DNA of 64,000 nt from a candidate division WOR-3 bacterium (lineage in GTDB: Bacteria; Hydrothermota; UBA3073; JACQXS01; JAGMCI01). Positions 1 through 9,159 of this stretch are shown here, piece by piece. A program made the position numbers and the translations under genes. The DNA is taken from positions 45,549-109,548 of the forward strand of contig JAGMCI010000011.1 of NCBI GenBank assembly GCA_023129325.1, in the 5' to 3' direction. Each line of letters begins with the position of its first letter. Position 1 is the first letter of the stretch. A model generated the notes under the pieces. That model saw nothing but the letters and a program-made list of their open reading frames with translations. It made no database searches and was not told the origin of the DNA.

Positions 1-74
1 ATACCAAACAAAATTATATTAAAATATAAAGCTTTGGATAGGGTTCTATGAGGAATCATTTTTTTCTTATCCAT
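1..74 (-). CDS. Possible 5' end of a gene running off the window (MDKKKMIPHRTLSKALYFNIILFG...)
   Basis: ATG at 74 opens a frame to the window edge, divergent from plsY; only 24 codons visible. Confidence 0.35.
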   Translation of the reverse strand, partial: MDKKKMIPHRTLSKALYFNIILFG

Positions 75-164
75 TAAGGTATATTATTAAACAAACGCCC
101 AAAAGTCAACCTTTTAAAACTTTTTATTTGACAAAGTCTCTTATGGTAGTTAATATATTATTTA

Positions 165-785
165 ATGGTGTTCCTTTTGATAATAATTGGCTATCTTATA
201 GGGTCTATTCCATGCGGATATATAGCAGGCAAGATAAAAGGAGTAGATGTGATGAAAGAGGGATTCAAGAAAATAGGGGCTTCTAATATTTATAGAACAA
301 TGGGTCCTCTTCCTGCCTTACTTGTATTTTTTGGTGATTTTATGAAAGGTATTATTCCAATACTTATTGGTAAAGCTATGGGATTTCCAGAGTCTCTTGC
401 GTCTATTGCCGGGATTGCGGCTATTTGTGGTCATAATTGGCCTGTATGGCTTGGATTTAAAAGCGAGGGAAGAGGGACTGCTACTTCCTTGGGGGCATTA
501 TATTACCTTATGCCACGCGAAGCCCTCATTTTGTTTGTTGTAATTGTTGTTGGACTTACCTTGATTGTGAAAAGCACACCAGTTGCATTCCTTATTTTCT
601 TCTTTCTTATGCCATTTGGAACAAGATTATTTCATGAGCCTTTATGGATGGCTTGGTTTGCAATCGGTATATTTGGGCTTATATTATTTACAAGAATTAT
701 CAGTGGCATGAAAGAAATTAAAGCAAGTGAATCAAAAAAGAAAACACTTTTAAATCTGATTTTATTTGATAAAATAAGCAGATAA
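165..785 (+). CDS. plsY: Glycerol-3-phosphate acyltransferase PlsY
   Basis: GYLIGSIP, GASNIYR, DFMKG, GHNWPVW, GRGTAT motifs; multi-TM. Confidence 0.9.
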   Translation: MVFLLIIIGYLIGSIPCGYIAGKIKGVDVMKEGFKKIGASNIYRTMGPLPALLVFFGDFMKGIIPILIGKAMGFPESLASIAGIAAICGHNWPVWLGFKSEGRGTATSLGALYYLMPREALILFVVIVVGLTLIVKSTPVAFLIFFFLMPFGTRLFHEPLWMAWFAIGIFGLILFTRIISGMKEIKASESKKKTLLNLILFDKISR

Positions 786-1940
786 AGGAAGAATTTTTTT
801 AAGGGTCTTTATGCCGCTCATTAAAGTAAAGAGTTCCTTCTTATATTCTTTATATCTTTGGAGTTCCTTTCCTTTTAAAGGTTTAATGGAAGGCGGATTT
901 AATTTAAGTGGATTTATCCACTTGCCATGTTTCTTTAATCTGAAATCAAGGTGAGGTCCTGTTGAAAGTCCTGTAGAACCAACATAACCTATTACCTTTC
1001 CCTGCTTTACATATTTTCCCTTCTTGATTCCTTTTCTAAATCTTGATAAATGTCCATAATATGATTTAAATCCTCTACTATGCCGAATAATCACCTGTCT
1101 ACCGAAACCTTTTCTCCATCCAACAAATGTCACTTTTCCATCGCCTATGGTCCTGATAGGTGTTCCTGTTGGAGCCGCATAATCTACTCCCAAATGAGGT
1201 CTCCGAATGCGTAATATGGGATGAAACCTTGAATAAGAAAATCTGGACGATACCCTTACATAGCTAAGCGGAGCTTTTAAAAACAGACGCTGTAAAGATT
1301 TTCCATCTAAACTGTAATATCCATGTCTTCCTTTGGGGTAATAAATGCCTGTGTATTTTTTATTTTTTTGCCACTCCTTTGGCAGGTAGGTAGCAAATAA
1401 TATCTTTCCATAGCCTATAAACCTATTCTCTATATACCTTGCAGTTGTGAAGATCTCAAATTTATCTCCATTTCTTGTTTCAACATTGAAGTCAATATCC
1501 CATGGGAACACTGTTTCGGCAAATTCATATACCAGTTTCGGAGTTCCGCCAATTGAGAGTAAAGCGTCCCATAATGAACCTTTTTCAATAGTTCCTTTTA
1601 AATAAATAAGAACTTTTCTTTCTTTTAATTTAGATACATTATTTAAACTATCAACAACCCAGGTAGCATGTGGCTGCTCATATTTAAGCTCAATAAATTT
1701 GCCCTCCCTCCCCGACGGCTGGCTAGCGGGTCTGGTAGTAATATATAATTTATCACCGGGTTTGCATTTTCTTAAATTTATTTTCTTGCCAAGAGCCGAG
1801 ACTACTTGAGCTGTGCTTTTCTTTGAGATTCCATTTGAGAGTAAAATTTCAGCTATATTCTCGCCTGATTTTAAAGTATGGGTCCGAGTAACTAATAAAA
1901 AGGAGACAAAAATCCAGAACATCTGGTTCAGTATACACAT
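762..1940 (-). CDS. M23 family peptidoglycan DD-endopeptidase (MepM/Csd3-like)
   Basis: HLGVDYAAP (HxxxD), YGHLS, STGPHLDF; carries in-frame palindromic insert RPASQPSGREG. Confidence 0.9.
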   Translation of the reverse strand: MCILNQMFWIFVSFLLVTRTHTLKSGENIAEILLSNGISKKSTAQVVSALGKKINLRKCKPGDKLYITTRPASQPSGREGKFIELKYEQPHATWVVDSLNNVSKLKERKVLIYLKGTIEKGSLWDALLSIGGTPKLVYEFAETVFPWDIDFNVETRNGDKFEIFTTARYIENRFIGYGKILFATYLPKEWQKNKKYTGIYYPKGRHGYYSLDGKSLQRLFLKAPLSYVRVSSRFSYSRFHPILRIRRPHLGVDYAAPTGTPIRTIGDGKVTFVGWRKGFGRQVIIRHSRGFKSYYGHLSRFRKGIKKGKYVKQGKVIGYVGSTGLSTGPHLDFRLKKHGKWINPLKLNPPSIKPLKGKELQRYKEYKKELFTLMSGIKTLKKILPLSAYFIK

Positions 1941-1983
1941 AATTTTTCATTTTGCAACCTTTTTCTTAATGAAATTATAAACG

Positions 1984-2116
1984 CCACAAAACCACACAGT
2001 GTTTAGTTAATTAGCCATTAGTTAATTAGAGATTAGTTGATTATCTTGCCTTACTAATTAACCAGTTAACTAATTCACTAATCAACTACTTCAACTCTCT
2101 GTGTTCTCTGTGGTTG
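1984..2116. repeat. Inverted low-complexity tandem repeat (TTAGTTAA units followed by their complement AACTAAT units), flanked by ACCAC/GTGGT arms
   Basis: Read directly in the intergenic region. Confidence 0.6.
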
Positions 2117-2126
2117 CAGTTTTTCC

Positions 2127-2154
2127 TTGACAAAGAGAGTAGATTTTGTATAAT
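2127..2154 (+). promoter_or_regulatory. Sigma70-type promoter of asnS, probably leaderless
   Basis: TTGACA-N16-TATAAT; ATG 6 nt after the -10; no SD. Confidence 0.7.
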
Positions 2155-2160
2155 GTGATA

Positions 2161-3453
2161 ATGGCATATATTAAAGAGATTGCAAAGTACGAGGGCCAGG
2201 AAATTACAATTAAAGGCTGGCTCTATAATAAGAGGTCAAGTGGTAAAATATATTTTCTTCTTATCCGTGATGGAACTGGAATTATACAAGGATTAGTATT
2301 AGAAGATAATGTAAGTAAAAAAACATTTGAACTCTGTGACAGACTTACTCAAGAGTCCTCAATTATAGTAAAGGGTAAAGTTAGAAAAGATTCCCGTGCC
2401 CCTGGTGGTTATGAACTTGAATTAAATGATATAAAAGTTGTCCAACTTACAGAGTCTTATCCTATATCAAAAAAAACTCACGGGATTGACTTTCTTCTTT
2501 CTAATCGTCATCTCTGGCTCAGGTCAAGGCGTCAATATGCTATTTTGAAGGTAAGGGCTGAGGTCATAAGAGCGATAAATGATTTTTTTGATTCTCGTGG
2601 TTTCTTGAGATTTGATGCCCCTATTCTGACACCATCATCTTGTGAAGGGACAACGACGCTATTTGAAGTTCCTTATTTTGACAACAAGGTTTATCTTTCC
2701 CAGTCAGGACAACTTTATGCAGAAGCAGGCTGTATGGCTTTTGGCAAGGTGTATACCTTTGGACCTACTTTCCGTGCCGAACTTTCAAAGACAAAGCGTC
2801 ATATTACTGAATTCTGGCAAATAGAGCCCGAGGTTGCTTATGCAAATCTTGATGATATAATGAAATTAGCTGAAGAATTTGTAAGTTACATAGTTAAAAG
2901 AGTGCTTGATAAAAGGGAAGAAGAACTTTCTATTCTTGAGCGTGATACAAAACTCTTAGAAAAAATAAAACTCCCATTCTCGCGTATTACTTACAAGGAG
3001 GCTCTTAATTTGCTTGACAAGCAAACTGAAGCGCCTAAACTCAAATGGGGGGAAGACCTTGGTGCTCCTCAGGAGACTTATTTAGCGAATCAGTTTGAAG
3101 TACCATTTTTTATTCATCACTATCCGGCAAGCTGTAAAGCCTTTTATATGAAACGCGACCCTGAAAATTCTGAACTTTCTCTGTGTATTGATATGCTCGC
3201 ACCTGAAGGGTATGGTGAGATAATGACTGGTTCAGAAAGGGAAGATAATTTGAAAATATTAGAACAAAGACTAAAAGAATTTAATTTACCAAAGAAACCA
3301 CAGGAATGGTATCTTGACCTCCGTAGATATGGTTCAGTCCCTCATTCAGGATTTGGGCTTGGACTTGAACGCACAATTGCATGGTTATGTGGACTTAAGC
3401 ATATTCGCGAAGCTATCCCATTCCCAAGAACAATTGATAGAGCATATCCATAA
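2161..3453 (+). CDS. asnS: Asparagine--tRNA ligase
   Basis: OB fold [42 protein letters not shown]; start moved to ATG 2161. Confidence 0.95.
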   Translation: MAYIKEIAKYEGQEITIKGWLYNKRSSGKIYFLLIRDGTGIIQGLVLEDNVSKKTFELCDRLTQESSIIVKGKVRKDSRAPGGYELELNDIKVVQLTESYPISKKTHGIDFLLSNRHLWLRSRRQYAILKVRAEVIRAINDFFDSRGFLRFDAPILTPSSCEGTTTLFEVPYFDNKVYLSQSGQLYAEAGCMAFGKVYTFGPTFRAELSKTKRHITEFWQIEPEVAYANLDDIMKLAEEFVSYIVKRVLDKREEELSILERDTKLLEKIKLPFSRITYKEALNLLDKQTEAPKLKWGEDLGAPQETYLANQFEVPFFIHHYPASCKAFYMKRDPENSELSLCIDMLAPEGYGEIMTGSEREDNLKILEQRLKEFNLPKKPQEWYLDLRRYGSVPHSGFGLGLERTIAWLCGLKHIREAIPFPRTIDRAYP

Positions 3454-3519
3454 TAAAAGTGTAATCCGGCAACTGACGGATTAAAATGCAAAATTAAACC
3501 ACAGAGAGATTGCTGAGGA

Positions 3520-4599
3520 ATGCAGATTTTTTTACTTATAGTAGTTTTAAGTTTAATTAGATGGACACAAGCAAAGACATACCCAACTCTTATTGTTCGA
3601 GAGAGTCTTCCAAAGATAGAAGTTGAGCCATTCCATTTTTTCCCTTATCGGGGTATTTATTTGAATCATTATAGAGCTACAAGATTAAAAGAATATTTGC
3701 CTCATATTGACAAGACTGAGATAAATTGCATAGTAGTTGATTTTAAAGAAGCAAGAGGAATGGTAACTTATAATACTAATGTAGAATTTGCCAAAACTAT
3801 AGGTGCCAGAAAACCTTATATAAATCTTGAGCGTTTACTTTCTATGTGCAAATCTCATGGACTTAGACTTATCGGGAGGGTAGTGGTCTTTCAAGATTCT
3901 ATACTCGCCTGCTATAATGACGGTGAATATTCTATGAAGTCTCTTGATGGAAGAATCTGGAAAGATGGACATGGTAGGTGCTGGACAAATCCCTGTTTAA
4001 AAGAGGTTCAGAAATATAATATTGAGATTGCCAAAGACCTCACGAGGAGAGGTGTTCCTGAGATTCAATTTGATTACATTAGATTTCCATCAAAAACAGG
4101 CAGATTTAGACCTTATAAACTTGATTGTGAGGACAAAACAAAAGTTATCGCCAGTTTTCTAAAACTGGCAAGGCAAGAATTAAAGCCATTAGGAGCTACG
4201 ATTGCTGGTGATGTATATGGGTATGCACTCTGGTATCCTCTCAAGGGTGAAGGGCAAAATCTCAGGCTTATGGCAAAGTGGCTTGATATAATTAATCCAA
4301 TGCTTTATCCTTCGCATTTTCACAAACACCATGAAAAGTCATCTGGCCCAGGGAAAAGGGAGTATAACCTCATTTTTAAAAGCATAGTTAAAGGAGAAGC
4401 ACTTATTGGCGAATCCTTGTCCGCCTCAGGCGGAAAATTTGTTCCTTATATTCAGGGCTTTAATTTAAAGTCACCTAATTTTGGACCTGACTACATAGCC
4501 AACCAGATAGAAGCAGTCCGCAATTCTCGTGCCTGGGGCTACATAGTCTGGAATTCAAGAGGCAAATACAAACCCCTCTGGGAACTGCTTGAAAGATGA
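3520..4599 (+). CDS. Putative glycoside hydrolase (DUF4015/GH27-like TIM barrel)
   Basis: VVDFK, GRVVVFQD, EIQFDYIRFP, PMLYPSH motifs; N-terminal hydrophobic segment. Confidence 0.8.
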   Translation: MQIFLLIVVLSLIRWTQAKTYPTLIVRESLPKIEVEPFHFFPYRGIYLNHYRATRLKEYLPHIDKTEINCIVVDFKEARGMVTYNTNVEFAKTIGARKPYINLERLLSMCKSHGLRLIGRVVVFQDSILACYNDGEYSMKSLDGRIWKDGHGRCWTNPCLKEVQKYNIEIAKDLTRRGVPEIQFDYIRFPSKTGRFRPYKLDCEDKTKVIASFLKLARQELKPLGATIAGDVYGYALWYPLKGEGQNLRLMAKWLDIINPMLYPSHFHKHHEKSSGPGKREYNLIFKSIVKGEALIGESLSASGGKFVPYIQGFNLKSPNFGPDYIANQIEAVRNSRAWGYIVWNSRGKYKPLWELLER

Positions 4600-4706
4600 G
4601 TCACGGATGAACACGGATAACGACACGGAACTTCACTGATTTTCTAACCACGAATTAAAAAAAGGCACACAGATTAACACAGAAAAAACGCAGATAAACA
4701 CTGATT
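4600..4706. repeat. ACACGGAT/ACACAGAT-type degenerate tandem repeats
   Basis: cacggatgaacacggataacgacacggaa...cacagattaacacagaaaaaacgcagataaacactgat; complementary units recur at 10292-10360, 49550 and 60040. Confidence 0.6.
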
Positions 4707-4739
4707 TTTTTCTTGACTTTCTCACTTTACAAAAATGTC

Positions 4740-4808
4740 ACCTCACCTCCTCCGTGTTTGTGAAGTCCTAAAGGGATTTAGCGAAGTATTGCAAATACGC
4801 TGTTATAC
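4740..4808 (-). mobile_element. attC-like integron cassette site (69 bp) with a degenerate R' box
   Basis: Minus strand: GTATAAC-AGCGTATTTGCAA...TTCACAAACACG-GAGGAG-GTGAGGT; imperfect inverted repeat 12 nt after a stop codon; homologous to the site at 62223-62269. Confidence 0.6.
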
Positions 4809-4820
4809 GCAGTGGCGGTT

Positions 4821-5867
4821 CTATAGTTCATATAGCCAACTTCTTCCAATTTCTTCTGAATATCTTTTGGAATTATACTTACCTGGCAAACAGAAGACTA
4901 CCTGGACATCCGGATGCGACTGACAAAATAGATATGTAGCTACCGTTTGCAATTTGCTACACTGCGGAGTAATTGCTATATTGAAATTTTCGTAAAGTAT
5001 TCTCCCTTCTATCTCAGATATATAGGTTTTCTCAAGTTCATCAATGATTTTTGAAATGTAAAAAGTTGATATTGGTTTATTCTTTTTTAAATAAGGATAT
5101 TGTTCAAATACTCTAAACTTTTCATGCAACTTCATAGAAAATTGAGTTCTCCACTTAAAATATTCATGAGGTGAATCCCCGTAACAAGGAATTACGACAT
5201 TAGGTCGGTAGGTTTCCAAAAGTCCGATAGCTCGTGATGGCTCATATCCTACAAAGAAAATTAGAGTTGTAGGGAAATCTTCTTTGAAACTCCCTTTAAA
5301 ATCAGTAGGAATTAATGTTTCCCGTGCACCAGATGCTTGAAGTTTTTCACTTAATTTCATTATACTCTCATCATCTTTTTTCTCTGCAAGCGTTAGTATT
5401 TCATCTTGCTCATCTTCTTTGGGATAATAGTTTTTTGCTTCTGTATATAAGATAAAAATCTTTTTATCATAAAAAATAGTGTGTGCCATTTTTAATATAA
5501 GAAGGATCAAGAAATTTGTCATTCCTGAAATGTCAATAAAGATAGCTTCAATTTCTTCTCTCGGTATTTTCTTTAATCTATCTGTCAAATTGTCTCGGCT
5601 GAAAAGTAGATTATCTATATCAATTTTTACATTTTTAAGATGATAAGATGAGCATTTATCTAATGAGTCTTCCAGAAAATCTAAATTTTCTTTGTTATCT
5701 TCTTGGTGCACAGTGTACTCCGAGATAAAAGAATACTTGAAAACCTTTTCATTTAATTTTTGGAGGATATTAATTATTCCTTTCACTCTATCTTCAAATC
5801 CCCCTGCACAGATGTATAAAGAATTTTTTCTGTTTGTTATTAAGTCGGGTTTAAACTCCTGTATCAT
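4821..5867 (-). CDS. Uncharacterised Rossmann-like (CARF-like) protein, partner of the kinase-ATPase
   Basis: ICAGGFEDR, FIDISGMT, LYTEAKNYYP, FVGYEPSR, ITPQCSKLQ pattern resembles proteins I recall beside ORC/CDC6-like ATPases; ATG 5867 has a GGGG SD (ORF track starts at TTG 5891). Confidence 0.6.
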   Translation of the reverse strand: MIQEFKPDLITNRKNSLYICAGGFEDRVKGIINILQKLNEKVFKYSFISEYTVHQEDNKENLDFLEDSLDKCSSYHLKNVKIDIDNLLFSRDNLTDRLKKIPREEIEAIFIDISGMTNFLILLILKMAHTIFYDKKIFILYTEAKNYYPKEDEQDEILTLAEKKDDESIMKLSEKLQASGARETLIPTDFKGSFKEDFPTTLIFFVGYEPSRAIGLLETYRPNVVIPCYGDSPHEYFKWRTQFSMKLHEKFRVFEQYPYLKKNKPISTFYISKIIDELEKTYISEIEGRILYENFNIAITPQCSKLQTVATYLFCQSHPDVQVVFCLPGKYNSKRYSEEIGRSWLYEL

Positions 5868-8568
5868 TTTTATTGCCCCTTTTAAAGTCAAAAAGCATAG
5901 GTTGAGAATCGTCCTTTATACCTTTCTCAATTAACCTCTTCCTAAATCTATCTGGCTCTGTCAGAAATTCTTCAAGTTGTTTTTTGATGAGTCGCAAATG
6001 CTCTCTTTCCCTGAAGGTTGTTCTGAGTTTAGGAGTATATTTCTTGTGCAAAGTAAATTTTTGGACTAATCCCATCTGCTCTCTTGAGAAACTAAAACCT
6101 TTATCGAGAAACACAGAATGACGAATTAATTTTCCTAACAACTTCTCTGCATTGCCAGAGAGTTTTTCTGAATCTTTTCGTTCTATTGTAATCATTTCAT
6201 ATTTTCTACCTTTTTTCTTTGTTATCTCTCGCTCTAAGTATTTTCTTGAAATTTCACCAAAATTTCTAACAACATCAAAAATTTCTTTGCCTATGGATTC
6301 AATGTTGATTAGAGAAGCATATACTTCCTCAGAATATTTTCTAATTCCTTTGTCTTGAATTTCTATAGAGATTATATCCTCACCCTTTTTCAGTTTTTCG
6401 TGTTTTTGGGGGTCTCCGTATTGTTTAAAAATAGACTCGCAAATTGCTAACCCGTCCCGAACACTCCAAGAAGATAATTGAACAAGCAACTTCCACCCAC
6501 CGTATTTAGTTTTAGTGTAAGTTTTTTTTGATAAAAAATCAATTAACTTTTCATGTGTATAGGGCAGTTTTTTAAGATACTCTTTTATTTTTTTAGCGTA
6601 TCCCCCAATTTCTAATTGTCGATTTATTATTTTTTTAAGATACTCTTTATAATTATCCATCTCAGACATATCAATATATGCATAATCATGAGGTAGTTGT
6701 AATGCCTTGCCAAACATATCTTCAAAAGTATAGGCGTATTTATCTGTTGAGAACTTGCAGCAATATATTTCATTGTGACAAGCCATTAGACAATTGAGTA
6801 TCTTTTGGACTTCCAGATTGACTTGAGGTTCACTGACATCATCGAATATAATATAAAACCTTTTATCCAATAGCTCAGAAACAGATTTTTTAACTGTTTT
6901 AAAGAATTGTATCAAAATATTTTCATTTAATAATTTGCTTTCAGATGGGTATTTTGGTATATCTCCTAATATATCTATGCAACAATTCTCTTCATTTCTT
7001 AAAATAGATGTGAGCTCCTTAAAGGGTTTCTCACGAGCAGATATAGTCATTCTAATTTCCTTAAGCAACAGATAATCAGAAAGAAAATTCAATATTAATT
7101 CTGGTTTGGGCTCACTCGTGAATATTTCCTCATTGTACGCCTCAGCTATTAAAGAAACTGTTCTTCTAATAATTTTCAATATCAGTATGTGCTTAAGAAA
7201 TAGCTGATTTTTAAATTCTTTGAAATTGTACTGTTTATCAGAAAAATACTTAAATTCACCTTGCCTACAAGGGAAATAGATGCCAAAAATTCCTTTAAAA
7301 TAAGCTACTTTGTTTTTTATCTTTATATATTGGGGTTTTTGAGCTAATTTTATTAATCTAGGGATAAAACTTAACGATCTCAGATAAATTGTTTTACCTC
7401 CACCTCTTGGGCCCGAACATATAAGTGGTCCAAAATTTATAAAATTGCTGTATAGTCGAAGTTCGGGCTCAAACCGCTCAAGCCACAAGAGCTCTTTTAC
7501 ATCGTAGTTTTCAAATATAAGATAATTAAACGGTTGTTCTATAGAAAGTTTTTCACCACTTGGTATTTTCTCCGAAAGACCATTAATTACTGCTTCAATA
7601 GAAGTATATTTGTTTTGAATAAGATTACCATATATATAAAAAAGTCTCTCCTCTAATTTTTTTCTATCTATTTTGCCCGATGGAGTTAAACAATATTTTC
7701 TAATTATTTTGAGAAAGTTCTCTTTAAAATATTCAAAGTCAGTTTTCTCATATTCTCTGAACTCCCCAGATGAGTTTACCCCAATGAAATCTATGAGTCT
7801 AAAATGAAATATTCCTCGTTTTTGATATTCTTCTATTTCATCATCCTCTACTAAAATATTGTTATCATGAAGGTCTCCATGCATAAACCCATTGTCTTTA
7901 ATTGTTTTTAGTGCTCCTCCTACTTCCCTGATGAAATTTCTTAATGTTTCCTGTAAGGCCATGTTTGTATTTTTTGCTAAAAATTCCCTCAAGGAATCGC
8001 CTTCAACATATTCCATCACGACATACTTCAAATTTATATCAGTATAAGGAAATTCGCCCCAGTCAAATGGAACCACTAAATGCGAAGATTTGAGATGGAT
8101 TATTTTTTTAATCTTTTCTTCAAAATTTATATGATCTAATATGCCTGGTTTGAACACCTTCAGTACAACATCTCGTCCAGTTTTTTTTATATTTGCTTTG
8201 TAAGTTACAGAAGTAGAACCTTTGCCTAATGACTTCATTAAAGTGTATCCATTAATTATTTTAGGAGGTAAATTACTAATATCGTATTGGGAATATTTCA
8301 CCGTTTTTACTATGTCTTTCCCTTTTTCAGAGAGGCTAAGCACCTCTTCCTTTAATTCTATGAATTTATTGGCTATCAAAAAGTCCATTAGAGTATCAAA
8401 TTGGGGGAGAAGTTTCTCGACTTTTCCTTTTAAACCAGATAATTTAATCCCTTGGTGTCGACTAATATAGATTAGCAGTATTAATGCCTCCTTGTTCTTC
8501 AGAAGTTTTGTTTCTTTTTTATACTTTTCCAATAGTTTCCAAATTTCTCTTATGCTACTTGTTGTCAT
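5851..8568 (-). CDS. wHTH + Ser/Thr protein kinase + P-loop (ORC/CDC6/STAND-like) ATPase fusion
   Basis: Kinase LGKGSTSVTYKA, VVLKVF, VVMEYVEG, HGDLHDNNILV, LIDF; Walker A GPRGGGKT; Walker B FYIIFDD; N-terminal helix-wing pattern ending LSLSEKGKDIV. Confidence 0.85.
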   Translation of the reverse strand: MTTSSIREIWKLLEKYKKETKLLKNKEALILLIYISRHQGIKLSGLKGKVEKLLPQFDTLMDFLIANKFIELKEEVLSLSEKGKDIVKTVKYSQYDISNLPPKIINGYTLMKSLGKGSTSVTYKANIKKTGRDVVLKVFKPGILDHINFEEKIKKIIHLKSSHLVVPFDWGEFPYTDINLKYVVMEYVEGDSLREFLAKNTNMALQETLRNFIREVGGALKTIKDNGFMHGDLHDNNILVEDDEIEEYQKRGIFHFRLIDFIGVNSSGEFREYEKTDFEYFKENFLKIIRKYCLTPSGKIDRKKLEERLFYIYGNLIQNKYTSIEAVINGLSEKIPSGEKLSIEQPFNYLIFENYDVKELLWLERFEPELRLYSNFINFGPLICSGPRGGGKTIYLRSLSFIPRLIKLAQKPQYIKIKNKVAYFKGIFGIYFPCRQGEFKYFSDKQYNFKEFKNQLFLKHILILKIIRRTVSLIAEAYNEEIFTSEPKPELILNFLSDYLLLKEIRMTISAREKPFKELTSILRNEENCCIDILGDIPKYPSESKLLNENILIQFFKTVKKSVSELLDKRFYIIFDDVSEPQVNLEVQKILNCLMACHNEIYCCKFSTDKYAYTFEDMFGKALQLPHDYAYIDMSEMDNYKEYLKKIINRQLEIGGYAKKIKEYLKKLPYTHEKLIDFLSKKTYTKTKYGGWKLLVQLSSWSVRDGLAICESIFKQYGDPQKHEKLKKGEDIISIEIQDKGIRKYSEEVYASLINIESIGKEIFDVVRNFGEISRKYLEREITKKKGRKYEMITIERKDSEKLSGNAEKLLGKLIRHSVFLDKGFSFSREQMGLVQKFTLHKKYTPKLRTTFREREHLRLIKKQLEEFLTEPDRFRKRLIEKGIKDDSQPMLFDFKRGNKNDTGV

Positions 8569-9159
8569 TTATCTTACTCCTTTATATTTTACATAAGTAT
8601 AGTATATTGAAACTATTCTTATATCTTCAGCTATTTCTGATACTTTTTTACCCACCTTGCATTTATTGATATCATCCCTACAAAAAGTATCTAAATGTCC
8701 CTTACCCCCACGGATGAAGCCTATATTATCATTTAGTGTCCATGCGGAATGAGACTTACAATCGTTTGCATAGAAGCAATATATTTTTGAGACACACTCT
8801 GGAAGACCAGAAAAGGCACTTAATTCATGCTCTACCCCTGGACAATTTGGAACATATATAAATACAGCTATGTCGCACCAATGTTCTATTGAATATTTCT
8901 CAAAAGCGGTTATATTTGAGAATTCTTTCCCTTGCTTTTTTGCCTCTTCATATGCTTCTTCTGGTAATACTGCATTGTGCTTATTTTCTATCAACAATTT
9001 CTTGATTTGCAAACGCTTGTTATAACATGCCTTCGCATACTCATCAGGGTTTCCTTTACCGGGACCAAATATTAGGACTTTCAGTTTCTCTTTTTGTAGA
9101 GCATTTTCGTATTTTTTTACCATACTACTTTTTATAAATTCAATCTCACTATTGCTCAT
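8569..9159 (-). CDS. Nucleoside-deoxyribosyltransferase (NDT)-like protein resembling retron St85/Ec86-type effectors
   Basis: VLIFGPG...KR...VLPEE...E...CDIAVFI...PGVEHELSAF mirrors the IFLCG...PE...D.I.I..ESPGS.AELGAF pattern. Confidence 0.55.
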   Translation of the reverse strand: MSNSEIEFIKSSMVKKYENALQKEKLKVLIFGPGKGNPDEYAKACYNKRLQIKKLLIENKHNAVLPEEAYEEAKKQGKEFSNITAFEKYSIEHWCDIAVFIYVPNCPGVEHELSAFSGLPECVSKIYCFYANDCKSHSAWTLNDNIGFIRGGKGHLDTFCRDDINKCKVGKKVSEIAEDIRIVSIYYTYVKYKGVR

